A stretch of DNA of 64,000 nucleotides, from the NCBI GenBank assembly GCA_965209035.1, contig OZ242372.1:1024001-1088000 (forward strand), in the 5' to 3' direction. The stretch is from Gammaproteobacteria bacterium (GTDB taxonomy: Bacteria; Pseudomonadota; Gammaproteobacteria; CBDBNL01; JAAOII01). Shown here in pieces: positions 9,415 through 19,264 of the stretch. How positions within the stretch are numbered: position 1 is the first letter of the stretch; the number at the start of each line of letters is the position of its first letter. Below the pieces are notes generated by a model, which worked only from the letters and a program-made list of their open reading frames with translations, made no database searches and had not been told where the DNA came from. The translations under genes and the position numbers were made by a program.

Positions 9415-11011
9415 TACAAAACAAGCCACGAAACAAGCTGTGCTGTTAATTATTTTGGACGGCTGGGGAATGGGTGCCGATGAAGACGGCAATGCCGTTT
9501 TACATGCCGCTACTCCTAACTGGGATCGGTTGTGGTCGACGGCACCGCACCGCAGTTTGAACGCCGGCGGCGCGGCGGTGGGACTGCCTCTCGGTCAGAT
9601 GGGCAACTCCGAAGTGGGGCATTTAAATATCGGCGCCGGACGCATTGTGTATCAGAGTTTATTGCGGATTAACCGCGCCCTGCTATCGGATGCATCGGGC
9701 GAAGCATCAGGCGAAGCATCAAGTGAACATGCGACCAACACAGAACTGCAACACTTTTTTGCCGAACACCGGCAACGAGGGGGGCGTCTGCATCTGGCGG
9801 GACTCCTTTCCGATGGCGGTGTCCACAGTCACCTAAAACATCTGTTCGCCCTGTGCCGTCTTGCAAAAGAAGCCGGCATTACGGATTTTTGTGTTCATGT
9901 TTTCACGGACGGGCGCGACACGAATCAAAAGTCCGCCGCCGCCTATTTGGGGCAACTGGAAAAATGCTTGCATGAACTCGGCACGGGGACTATCGCTTCC
10001 GTATCCGGCAGATACTATGCGATGGACCGGGACAACCGATGGGAGCGAACCGCCGAGGCTTACGCGGCACTCATAGGCGGAGGCGGATGCAGAGACAGTG
10101 GCAGTGATGTCCCGGTTGCGCGCAGCCCGGCGGAAGGTCTGCAACAAAATTATGCGGCGGGACTGACCGATGAGTTTGTCAAACCCTTTCGGATTAGCGA
10201 TGCGCCGGCTTTCCAACCGCAAGACTCTTTGATTACCTTCAACTTTCGTGCCGATCGTATGCGCCAATTAATGAAGGCGCTTGCCTCTCCCGACTTTGGC
10301 GAATGGGAGCGGCCGTTTGTCCCGGCGAAGGAAAACTTGCTGACAATGACCCCCTATGACGAGAGCCTGCCGTTGCGATCTCTGTTCACGACAGAGCCGC
10401 CCGCGGATGTTCTGGGAGAAGTCTTGGCGAACGCCGGCAAGACGCAATTACGCTTGGCGGAAACGGAAAAGTTTGCCCATGTCACCTATTTTTTTAATGG
10501 CGGGCGGGAAGCCCCCTTCGCCGGCGAAGAACGCATCCTCATCCCCTCCCTCAAAGTGGCAACATACGACCTGGCACCGCAGATGCGGGCGGAGGAAATT
10601 ACCGATGCCCTCTGTCGGGGCATCGCATCCGGGAAATACGATTTTATTCTGTGCAATTACGCCAACGGCGATATGGTCGGACACAGCGGCAAGTTGGATG
10701 CCGCCGTCTTGGCAGTCCAAACATTGGATCTTTGTCTGGGAAAACTTCTCGCCCAAATCCGTCAGAGTAACGCGCATGCTCTTATAACGGCCGACCATGG
10801 CAACTGCGAAAAAATGATAACGGATGACGGTCTGCCGCACACCGCCCACACACTCAATCCCGTTCCGCTGGTGTACTGCGGCCCCAAGCAAGCGGTGTTT
10901 CATCGGGAACCCGCCGGCTTGTCTTCTCTGGCGCCTTCCGTGTTACAGTTGATGGGTTTGCCGCAGCCGGCGAAAATGGACGGGGTGCCTCTTTTCAGTT
11001 CTCTTGCTTAA
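9392..11011 (+). CDS. gpmI: 2,3-bisphosphoglycerate-independent phosphoglycerate mutase
   Basis: LIILDGWG, GQMGNSEVGH, SDGGVHSH, DGRD, GRYYAMDRD, NFRADR, AETEKFAHVT, DMVGHSG, TADHGN. Confidence 0.97.
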   Translation: MTDKTKQATKQATKQAVLLIILDGWGMGADEDGNAVLHAATPNWDRLWSTAPHRSLNAGGAAVGLPLGQMGNSEVGHLNIGAGRIVYQSLLRINRALLSDASGEASGEASSEHATNTELQHFFAEHRQRGGRLHLAGLLSDGGVHSHLKHLFALCRLAKEAGITDFCVHVFTDGRDTNQKSAAAYLGQLEKCLHELGTGTIASVSGRYYAMDRDNRWERTAEAYAALIGGGGCRDSGSDVPVARSPAEGLQQNYAAGLTDEFVKPFRISDAPAFQPQDSLITFNFRADRMRQLMKALASPDFGEWERPFVPAKENLLTMTPYDESLPLRSLFTTEPPADVLGEVLANAGKTQLRLAETEKFAHVTYFFNGGREAPFAGEERILIPSLKVATYDLAPQMRAEEITDALCRGIASGKYDFILCNYANGDMVGHSGKLDAAVLAVQTLDLCLGKLLAQIRQSNAHALITADHGNCEKMITDDGLPHTAHTLNPVPLVYCGPKQAVFHREPAGLSSLAPSVLQLMGLPQPAKMDGVPLFSSLA

Positions 11012-11098
11012 AAGATCGGACAAGCGGCAGCGAACATGAAATCGGCCGGGAAGCAGTCGGGCAAGAAGCCGGGCATGAAAACATAAAAGGATGAAAGG

Positions 11099-11677
11099 AT
11101 GGCAAAAAGGGTAACACGCGGCCCTGCCGACGGCAAGGGAATGGGAAGAAAAAGAGGCGCGGCTGCCAAAGAGACATCAACAGCCGGAATAATAGACGAA
11201 ATAATAGCCGGAACAGCAGACGAAAAAACGGACGGCGCAGTAACGGGCAAAGAACGCGCCGGCGGGGCGGATGAAAAAGAACGCGAGATGCTTCCGGGTG
11301 CACTTCCGGAAACACTTCCAAAGACGCCCCCAAACTTTGAAGAAGCATTCGTGTCGCCAAGGCACACTATACCTCGCCGCGTGTCTCGTCGCCCGAAAAA
11401 GAAGATGATTCTGTTCGCCCTGCTGTTCGGGGCCGGCGGTATCCTGCTGACCGCCGCTTTATTAATCAGCATGGATTTGCTATTTAAGCCGGTTGCCGTT
11501 CTTTCCGATCCCTCAAAAAACGGGAAAATTAAAAACGATATCGTCCAACTTCGGGGCGAAATTCAACTTCTGTATGAAAAACGAAACAGCCTGTTAGCCG
11601 AACAACGCAAACTGAAAACCGCCTTAAACAAAATCCAAGAATATCTTTCCGAATCCGAACCGGGCATTAATAAGTAA
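11099..11677 (+). CDS. Hypothetical single-TM protein with C-terminal coiled coil
   Basis: Charged low-complexity N-terminus, KKK followed by a hydrophobic helix, heptad-like C-terminus; AAAGGA upstream of ATG. Confidence 0.55.
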   Translation: MAKRVTRGPADGKGMGRKRGAAAKETSTAGIIDEIIAGTADEKTDGAVTGKERAGGADEKEREMLPGALPETLPKTPPNFEEAFVSPRHTIPRRVSRRPKKKMILFALLFGAGGILLTAALLISMDLLFKPVAVLSDPSKNGKIKNDIVQLRGEIQLLYEKRNSLLAEQRKLKTALNKIQEYLSESEPGINK

Positions 11678-11880
11678 ATAACCATAAATAACCGGGGCCG
11701 ACAGCACCCGGCGAATGCCGGAATAACCGGAATAAAAAGGAATCTCGAAAAACTGACTTAAAAGAAACCGGTGCCGGTGACCCGGCGGCACATCTGCCGG
11801 CGATCAGCGGCGGCAGCCGCGACCGGCATAATAATGCCGCGAATGTTAAAGCCTTAAGCGGGTTAATCGGGTTAATCAGG

Positions 11881-13185
11881 TTAATCAGATAAGTCGGATA
11901 CGTCCTTGACGAGAATCTTGCCCTTGCGTTCCAGACAATCCTGTGGGACAGTGATCTTCTCTTTGGTCGGTTTATAGCCGCGCTCACGAAACCAAGCAAC
12001 CGACTGAGTACTCACCGCCACCAGATACCGATAGTTCCTTTCGGCCGCCAAACGCTCCATAGAACGCAGCAAACGACCGCCGTAACCGCGGCCGCCAAAT
12101 TCTTTGCCAACCACCACACATTCCAATTCCACATAACCGGGGTTCTCCTTAATCGGCGACAGCGCGGCACAGCCCACCAGAACGCCGTCTTGCTTAATAA
12201 TCCGAAACCTCTCCCGGGTATCTTCCAGTACCCGCAAAGAGCGCGGCCGCAAGATGCCTTCCTCTTCCAGCGGCTCTATCATTTTTTTTATTTGACGCAT
12301 ATCCGAAACTTCCGGGGCATCCAATCGCTCGTAGATATCCGAGTGCAACATCATCCCCATGCCTTTTGAGGTAAACAATTCTCCGAGCAGTGCGTTCTCA
12401 CATTCAACGGATATCAGATGGGCGCGGCTGACCCGACAAGTGCGACAATAGTATTCGGCAGCGCGCACAAAGGGCATTACCACATCGGGAAGCTCCCGCC
12501 GGCGCGTGTCCGTATCGCGAATATCCAACGCCAAGGAACGACATTCGGCGGGCAGAGAGTCCGTATAAAAAACAATCTTTTTGATGTCCCCCTCTTCGCA
12601 CAATGCGGCAATAATCTCTTGGGTCGGGAGGGCGTAATCTTGCCCGCTCTTATCCGTCGCCAGGTTTGTCAACAACACGATATTGCCTTCCGCAAGTGCG
12701 CGCGCCACCGCATCCGTATCCGCTTTGCGCAGTTTGCCGCGGCGTTGATAATCCGTCCCGTCTATGACACCGAGAGGCTGTGCCAGTAACCAATTCCCCG
12801 CCAAGACCGGCACATGCCCGAGGACATCATGCGCACTGCGGGTCAGGTTGCCGACACACTGCCCCGTTTTTTTCCACAACTTCTCCCTGAGGCTGCTCAA
12901 CTGCGCGGATGTAACGGCACGATTCTTCTCGCCGCGGCGAAAAGAAGGGACGGCAATTCCTTCCAAACAAATGATACAACGAATACCCAAACTGTGACAG
13001 ATCATCAGATCGCGCCAGAAATCCGTCCGCTTCTTGCCGCCGCCGATCAGATCCGTCGGCAACACAAATACCAAGGTCTTGTCTTTGTGTGCCATGATAT
13101 AGGGAACCGCCGACCTCAGGTCAACGGTGTTCGCCGGCTCGCGCGTCGACGCGAGCGAGTTCGGATGATTTGTTTTTTTCGGCAT
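11881..13185 (-). CDS. argA: Amino-acid N-acetyltransferase (N-acetylglutamate synthase)
   Basis: PYIMAHKDKT, PLGVIDGTDY, LLGELFT.G.G kinase-like domain plus C-terminal GNAT (PLEEEGILRPRS, GCAAL, GRGYG, WFRERGY). Confidence 0.88.
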   Translation of the reverse strand: MPKKTNHPNSLASTREPANTVDLRSAVPYIMAHKDKTLVFVLPTDLIGGGKKRTDFWRDLMICHSLGIRCIICLEGIAVPSFRRGEKNRAVTSAQLSSLREKLWKKTGQCVGNLTRSAHDVLGHVPVLAGNWLLAQPLGVIDGTDYQRRGKLRKADTDAVARALAEGNIVLLTNLATDKSGQDYALPTQEIIAALCEEGDIKKIVFYTDSLPAECRSLALDIRDTDTRRRELPDVVMPFVRAAEYYCRTCRVSRAHLISVECENALLGELFTSKGMGMMLHSDIYERLDAPEVSDMRQIKKMIEPLEEEGILRPRSLRVLEDTRERFRIIKQDGVLVGCAALSPIKENPGYVELECVVVGKEFGGRGYGGRLLRSMERLAAERNYRYLVAVSTQSVAWFRERGYKPTKEKITVPQDCLERKGKILVKDVSDLSD

Positions 13186-14228
13186 CAGTCCCTTTTTTGC
13201 AATGCAACAGATTTTGTAAAATTGACATATTCCGTCAGCTTGGCGAATGCCCCGCCTTCTTTTAGAACGGCACGCGCCTTCTCAATGCCCCGACCAATAT
13301 CCGTCGCCAGACCGGCAACATAAAGCGCCGCCCCCGCATTAAGAATTAAAAAATCGGCGCCGTTGCCGGCTTCGCCTTTCAAGGCGGCGCGCAGAATCTC
13401 CAAACTCTCCGCCGGTGAGGACACTGTCCGCCGTTCCGCTTCTTTTGCCGCGATTCCATAGTCGGCAGGGTCCAGGGTGAACTCGTCTATGTTTCCGTCT
13501 CGCAGTTCAACAATACGTGTTCGGGCAAACGGGCTGATTTCATCCATCCCATCCGCGGAATGCACCAGCAAGACATGCGCACTGCCCAGATCGCGCAGCA
13601 CCTCCGCAAGCGGGCGCAGCCAACGGGCGTCAAACAAACCGATCAACTGCCGCACACAACCGGCGGGATTGGTGAGAGGCCCCAAAAGATTAAAAATTGT
13701 GCGCACCCCCAGTTCGCGGCGAACCGGGGCAACATGCTGCATCGCGGCATGGTGGGCCGGCGCAAAAATAAACCCGAAGCCGACCCGATCCAAGGCCGCG
13801 GCAACCGCCGCGGCGGAAAGTTCCAATGTCGCACCCGCACCGGCAAGCACATCCGCACTGCCACAGGCGCCGGAAACGGCCCGATTGCCGTGCTTGGCTA
13901 CCCTTGCTCCGGCCGCGGCCGCCAACAGGGCCGCACCCGTGGATACATTAAAGGTGAACGAACCGTCACCGCCTGTGCCGCAAGTATCAATTAAATGCTC
14001 CGTGTTTTGAGGGCGCACTTTTAAGCTCAGTCGGCGCATCACCCGAACCGCCCCCTTAATTTCTTCGGCTGTCTCGCCTTTGGCCCTGAGTGCCACCAAC
14101 AAAGCGGAAATTTGCACCTGCGACAAGCTGCCCGCCATGATCTCCCCAATCAGGGACTCCGCCGCGGCGGCGGTCAGATCGTTGCCGTCAATTAACCGAT
14201 TGAGAATCGTCCGATATTCCATTCGCAT
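13185..14228 (-). CDS. trpD: Anthranilate phosphoribosyltransferase
   Basis: DTCGTGGDG, FNVST, KHGNR, RTIFNLLGPLTNP, GMDE. Confidence 0.97.
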   Translation of the reverse strand: MRMEYRTILNRLIDGNDLTAAAAESLIGEIMAGSLSQVQISALLVALRAKGETAEEIKGAVRVMRRLSLKVRPQNTEHLIDTCGTGGDGSFTFNVSTGAALLAAAAGARVAKHGNRAVSGACGSADVLAGAGATLELSAAAVAAALDRVGFGFIFAPAHHAAMQHVAPVRRELGVRTIFNLLGPLTNPAGCVRQLIGLFDARWLRPLAEVLRDLGSAHVLLVHSADGMDEISPFARTRIVELRDGNIDEFTLDPADYGIAAKEAERRTVSSPAESLEILRAALKGEAGNGADFLILNAGAALYVAGLATDIGRGIEKARAVLKEGGAFAKLTEYVNFTKSVALQKRD

Positions 14229-14406
14229 ATTTTAGCACCATATACAGGTAGGATACCGGACAGGTTTGGCTCGGGGTTTGGATTGAGACAAGTTTTGACA
14301 CACCCGACTCCGGCTGCGTAAAAGACAGCGGCCACATCTGACGCAAGTACTATTAGAATAGTTATAATGTTGGAAAAGATAAATAATTTGATCTCTTTAT
14401 AACCTA

Positions 14407-15597
14407 ATGCCTAATCCAGAAATGAAACAACTTTCACAAGAAGAAGTCTTTCAACTTACCGAGACAGTCGCAGAGTTGGGCAAAAATCATGCTTTACTTC
14501 CACCTATTGGGGAAATTAATGCGTTTAAAAGTTTTCTTAACAAGAGTGGTCATCCGGATAAAGAAAACTTGGGCCAGAGAGATGGTGGCTGTACAAGAAG
14601 TGAGTTACTCACCCGATTTTTAATTTTGTGTGCTGTCTTAGATCAGGGGCCGGAGATTAAAGGCGTCCGAAAACTTTTGGTAAAAGTAATTAACCAGTTG
14701 TATGAACAAGAAATTCGTATATTTCATAAACCGGTTTCTTTTTTTCAAGAAATCGGTATATCTGTTGATTCAATATGGAATAACCATGAAAAAATTAAAG
14801 AAGAAAGAGCCGAAATCTGGGCAAGAGATAATCAATCCAATGCAAACAGATATAACTTGTATATGGATAACAGTAAACAAACACTGAGCTACGCTATTTA
14901 TCGTTGGGGTGTTCCTTTGGCACTTCCTTATTTATTGGAGAAAGAATGCTCGCGAAGAGAAACAGCACTATCAGATTATCTAAAGCAATTTAATTCCTCG
15001 GAGCACATGAGTAGGGAGGTAAAAGACCATCGTAAGTATGGATTAGGAAAAGCAATAGGTGATAAGGCATGTCATTTGTTTGCAAAATGGATGGTCTCTA
15101 CTTTCAGTCTTATACAAAGTGAGGAAAAATGCTGGGGAGAATATTCGTTTGAAATTCCCTATGACTCTAATGTGGGCCGAGTATTATGGCGCACAGGATA
15201 CTTGCTCAGGTGGGCATCGCTCCAAGACTACAAAGGATTTGGTGTTATACAACCCGAAGGTCAAAATAATTATTTACGTATTACTAATATTCGCGGAAAA
15301 GGCGTCTCAGATAAAACCATTTTAGATGACACATTAATACGGGAATATGAGAATATCGCTTTGGAACATATTAAGTCTCATAAAAGAAAACCGCAAAAAA
15401 TTGAGATACAAAGATTACAACATGTGTTTTTACGGCAACAAGAGTTAAAACCTTCTCACTTTGACGACGGATTGATTTACATTGGCACCGAATTTTGTTT
15501 TAATCATCAAGAGCCGAATTGTGAAGAGTGCCCATTAAAAGAGATGTGCCTTGCACATAATCATGCTCCACAATTAATAACTGATTATCACACTTAA
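14407..15597 (+). CDS. HhH-GPD/endonuclease III-superfamily-like protein with C-terminal Fe-S cluster motif
   Basis: HhH-like GLGKAIGDKACHLF, catalytic-Asp-like EIPYDSNVGRVLWRTG, C-terminal C-x7-C-x2-C-x5-C (CFNHQEPNCEECPLKEMC); AT-rich relative to flanks. Confidence 0.65.
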   Translation: MPNPEMKQLSQEEVFQLTETVAELGKNHALLPPIGEINAFKSFLNKSGHPDKENLGQRDGGCTRSELLTRFLILCAVLDQGPEIKGVRKLLVKVINQLYEQEIRIFHKPVSFFQEIGISVDSIWNNHEKIKEERAEIWARDNQSNANRYNLYMDNSKQTLSYAIYRWGVPLALPYLLEKECSRRETALSDYLKQFNSSEHMSREVKDHRKYGLGKAIGDKACHLFAKWMVSTFSLIQSEEKCWGEYSFEIPYDSNVGRVLWRTGYLLRWASLQDYKGFGVIQPEGQNNYLRITNIRGKGVSDKTILDDTLIREYENIALEHIKSHKRKPQKIEIQRLQHVFLRQQELKPSHFDDGLIYIGTEFCFNHQEPNCEECPLKEMCLAHNHAPQLITDYHT

Positions 15598-16394
15598 GTA
15601 AGTAATTGTTGTTGATCTTTTTCCCCCGAAAGTCTGTAACGATTATGACGCAAGCGAGCCAGGGCAAACTCAAAGTATTCGGGGACAATTTCAAAACCCA
15701 GGTAATGTCTCCCAATGTGCTTGCTCATAAAGGCGACCTGGCCGGAGCCAAGAAAAGGATCCAAAACAAGGTCATTGGGTTCGCTCGCATATTCAAGGAG
15801 TTTCTTCACAATTTCGGCGGGGAGTTTGGTCGGGGTTTTTAGATCCCCGCTCCAATATTCTCGCTTAATTTCCCACACATCTTCCATATCCCGATATCTC
15901 AGACTCCCGCCGTTCATTCCCCGCGCATCGTTCGGATATCGGGCATTGGGGAAAAACTTTCTTTGTTTCTCGTTCTTGCAAAGGAACAGACAGTGATAAT
16001 GCGAACTAATGAAACGGCGGCGGGTATTCACCCCAAATTGATACTTCCAAATAATATGATTGATGGTTGTAAAGCCGACTGCGTCAATCGCATTGAGCAT
16101 ATCTTTCAGGTGATTCCAGCCGGAGAACACAAACGCACTGCCGGACGGCTTAAGCAGCCGATAAGCCTGCCTCAGCCAGTCGCGGGAAAAATCATAGTAG
16201 TTGCCGCTGTCAATTTCCCGATAGCCGGCAAGAACCCGGGAACCTTTGCGATTGTAGTTTGCTCTTTGTGCTTGAAAATCTATGCCAAACGGCGGGTCCG
16301 TAATAATGAGGTCGACACATTCCGGCGGCAGTCGTTGCATCCCCGGCAAGCAATCTTCATTAAAGATTTGGTCCTTTGCGATCTTGATTGTCAT
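15594..16394 (-). CDS. Site-specific DNA methyltransferase (N6/N4, beta class)
   Basis: Motif IV ITDPPF precedes motif I VLDPFLGSG. Confidence 0.9.
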   Translation of the reverse strand: MTIKIAKDQIFNEDCLPGMQRLPPECVDLIITDPPFGIDFQAQRANYNRKGSRVLAGYREIDSGNYYDFSRDWLRQAYRLLKPSGSAFVFSGWNHLKDMLNAIDAVGFTTINHIIWKYQFGVNTRRRFISSHYHCLFLCKNEKQRKFFPNARYPNDARGMNGGSLRYRDMEDVWEIKREYWSGDLKTPTKLPAEIVKKLLEYASEPNDLVLDPFLGSGQVAFMSKHIGRHYLGFEIVPEYFEFALARLRHNRYRLSGEKDQQQLLT

Positions 16395-16489
16395 GTTCTT
16401 TGAGAAAAATATCCTCGTGCATGAACTGCCCCGCGGGATCCGTCATACTTTATGTCGCTCGCCCGGCTCTTTGTTTGTCCGATGGAATG

Positions 16490-17203
16490 CTATTCCGGTC
16501 CGGCTTGCAACGAGGCATCTATATGGCGATATGGGGGTATGGGTTTTATGCCGGGCATGTCCCGGTCCCGGCAATTCTCCTTGTTCTCACCGCCAATGCA
16601 AAAATAGTGCGCCTTTAAATGTGGCAGATTGAAAATAAGAACCTCGGCGTGAAACAAAATCCCCGGAAATACATCTTTCGGTAAACTGACGATACTGCTG
16701 ATAGGCGGGTATTCGCCTCGCACAAACTTCATCCAACGGGCACTATGAAAACTCTGATTAAGCCGAAACCCGTAAGGGGTGAACAACACCATAGGAACAT
16801 CCAATCCAAATAATTCTATCGCTTTATGAAGCCATAACTCGGGCAATAGCGGTCTGCCACCATAATGCGCCTTGACATATTCCTTGGTTTTTTTATCAAT
16901 ATTAAAGGGCGGGTTGGCTATCACCAATCCCGGTTTGGGTATTTCGCCCTTTTCAATCGCCAGATAATTGCACACCTCGGTATTCGCGAACCCCTGATCT
17001 TCCACATCAATCCCCAACACCTCAAAGCCATTTTGCTGAAACGGCTTCAATAACGAGCCCGCACCCACGCAAGGATCAAAAACAAGGCCTTTAATGTGAG
17101 GACTGAGGATAGAATAAAGAAACTGACTGACAAAATCGGGAGTATGCACAGTCGCTTTCTTTGTTTCCCGATAAAAGTTATTTCTGTCTACCCTGTAAAC
17201 CAT
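16490..17203 (-). CDS. Small N6-adenine DNA methyltransferase (gamma-like motif order)
   Basis: Motif X HTP, motif I VFDPCVGAGSLL, motif IV IANPPF. Confidence 0.8.
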   Translation of the reverse strand: MVYRVDRNNFYRETKKATVHTPDFVSQFLYSILSPHIKGLVFDPCVGAGSLLKPFQQNGFEVLGIDVEDQGFANTEVCNYLAIEKGEIPKPGLVIANPPFNIDKKTKEYVKAHYGGRPLLPELWLHKAIELFGLDVPMVLFTPYGFRLNQSFHSARWMKFVRGEYPPISSIVSLPKDVFPGILFHAEVLIFNLPHLKAHYFCIGGENKENCRDRDMPGIKPIPPYRHIDASLQAGPE

Positions 17204-17318
17204 ACATTCAACCGGTTTTATCTTTTTTGTAAATACCTATACGGGCGTTTGTCGGCGTCCATGCTCTTTTTTCATATCAGTTTGATTATATACCGGACGA
17301 AATGAATAAATTGCAACA

Positions 17319-19133
17319 CTAATGCTTTTCCCGGGCGAACAAACTCTCCAACTCTTTTTGGTAGTCTTTGGTGCGCGCTTCTATTTCTTCCCGACTGAGG
17401 TTGGAAAGGTCGTTGCGCAGCATGCGTTGATCAAAGTCGCGAAAAATACGGCCGATCTCCCGGCTGCGTGCCGGCGTGAAGTCCAGTTCTTCCAACAGGT
17501 CGCAGGTCATCGCGAGACTGGTGTCAAACAGTTCGCGATAAATGAACTCCTCCTTCAATCCGGCTTGCAGCAGGGCGCGGGCATGGGTTCGGTCCCGGGC
17601 GCGCGCCAGCAATTTTAAGTGCGGGAAGTTCCGCTGTGCCTGTTCCACCATCTTGACGGAGGTCTTGACCGCGTCTATGCAGATCGCCATGCATCTTGCA
17701 TGCTCCGCTCCGGCCGCTCGCAAAAGTTTAAGGTCGGACGGATCGCCGTAGTAAACCTTGCTGCCGAAGCGGCGGGCAACTTCTATTTGCTTAATGTCCT
17801 TGTCCACCGCGACAAACGGGATATTTTGCGAGCTGAGGACTCTGGCGAGAACCTGGCCGAAGCGGCCGAAGCCCACAATAATCACCGGTCCCTCCTGTTC
17901 GGGAATATCGTCATAGGGACGCTCTGTCTGAGAGGACGGCAAGGGCTTGTGCAGTTTGGAAAATTTTCGCAACACATAGGGCAGCGCAAAAGAAATAAGC
18001 GGACTCAGAATCATTGACATGGAAATGAGCAGGGTCAGAATCTGACCATGGGTACCTCCCAGAATTGGATTTTCGGCCGCACTTTGAATCACAACAAATG
18101 CAAACTCGCCGCCCTGGCTGATGTTAACCGCCAATCTTATGGCGTCCTTGCCTTTCAGCCCTCCCAAGCGGGCAATGAAAAACATAACGAGCATTTTAAT
18201 TGCCAAGTAAACCAAACAGAGGCCAAAAACAAGCGGGGCGAATTGTTTCAGGAGTTCCCAATCAATACTCATACCGACCGCCAAAAAGAAAATACCGAGG
18301 ATGATACTTTTGAACGGCTCCACCTCGGATTCTATCTGATGGCGATATTCCGATTCGGACAAAACCAGGCCGGCAATAAAACCGCCCAAGGCCATGGAGA
18401 TGCCGATTAATTCCATCAGCGATGCCGAAACGAGGACGACGAGTAACGCCAGGGCCGTAAAAATATCCCGGCTCCTGACTCGGGCAACGAAACGAAAGAT
18501 AGGATTCAACAAATATCTGCCGCCAAAGTAAAGAGCCGCAACAACGGAAATCTTCAAGAGACCGGACAGTGCCCAGTGCATCTCACCTTCCGCCCCGCCG
18601 GCCGATGCGGCGGAATCCGGCGCCAAAAAGACCACCAGGGCCAGAGCCGGCACAACCGCCATATCTTGCAACAGAAGGATTGCCAGTTGCACTCGGCCGG
18701 AAGGCGTTACCAACTCGCCGTTCTCTTCCAGATTTTGCAAAACGATGGCCGTGGACGAGAATGCAAGACAGGTGCCGACAACCAAGGCAATTTGCCAGTC
18801 CGGCAAAAAGAGCATAAAAATCCCGCCGAAAACCGCAATACAAATCAGCATCTGCAGCGAACCCAGACCGAAGACCCGGTGCCGCATCTCCCAGAGTGTG
18901 CGCGGATTAATCTCCAAGCCGGTCAAAAACAGGAACAGAACCACCCCGATTTCCGAAAAATGCAAGATGGTCTGGGTATCTTCCACCTGCCGGGAAACAT
19001 AGGGGGCGATGAGCGCGCCGGCAACAAGATAGCCGACCACCGAACCGAGTTTCATATAGCGAAACAACGGCACGGCTATCACAGCCGCGCCAAGCAAGAT
19101 AACGGACAAAAGAAGGGTGTCGTGCAGGGTCAT
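17319..19133 (-). CDS. CPA2-family K+/H+ antiporter, KefB/KefC-like
   Basis: Multi-TM N-terminus (LAFSSTAIV, LLLQD, YRHQIESEVEPFK, SQGGEFAFV) plus KTN domain GFGRFGQ, YYGD. Confidence 0.92.
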   Translation of the reverse strand: MTLHDTLLLSVILLGAAVIAVPLFRYMKLGSVVGYLVAGALIAPYVSRQVEDTQTILHFSEIGVVLFLFLTGLEINPRTLWEMRHRVFGLGSLQMLICIAVFGGIFMLFLPDWQIALVVGTCLAFSSTAIVLQNLEENGELVTPSGRVQLAILLLQDMAVVPALALVVFLAPDSAASAGGAEGEMHWALSGLLKISVVAALYFGGRYLLNPIFRFVARVRSRDIFTALALLVVLVSASLMELIGISMALGGFIAGLVLSESEYRHQIESEVEPFKSIILGIFFLAVGMSIDWELLKQFAPLVFGLCLVYLAIKMLVMFFIARLGGLKGKDAIRLAVNISQGGEFAFVVIQSAAENPILGGTHGQILTLLISMSMILSPLISFALPYVLRKFSKLHKPLPSSQTERPYDDIPEQEGPVIIVGFGRFGQVLARVLSSQNIPFVAVDKDIKQIEVARRFGSKVYYGDPSDLKLLRAAGAEHARCMAICIDAVKTSVKMVEQAQRNFPHLKLLARARDRTHARALLQAGLKEEFIYRELFDTSLAMTCDLLEELDFTPARSREIGRIFRDFDQRMLRNDLSNLSREEIEARTKDYQKELESLFAREKH

Positions 19134-19264
19134 ATGAAGGTTTTACGGTTAAACAAGTTAAAGGATGAACTACAAAATATTATAAGAAGGCAAGACCAAG
19201 AAAGAGAGACGGAAACGGCAAGACCCTTCGCCATTTATGGTATCATATCAACTAAACCTCTTTT

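Noticed and set aside
19134-19264. LexA box upstream of uvrA
   Set aside because: No CTGT-N8-ACAG match seen.
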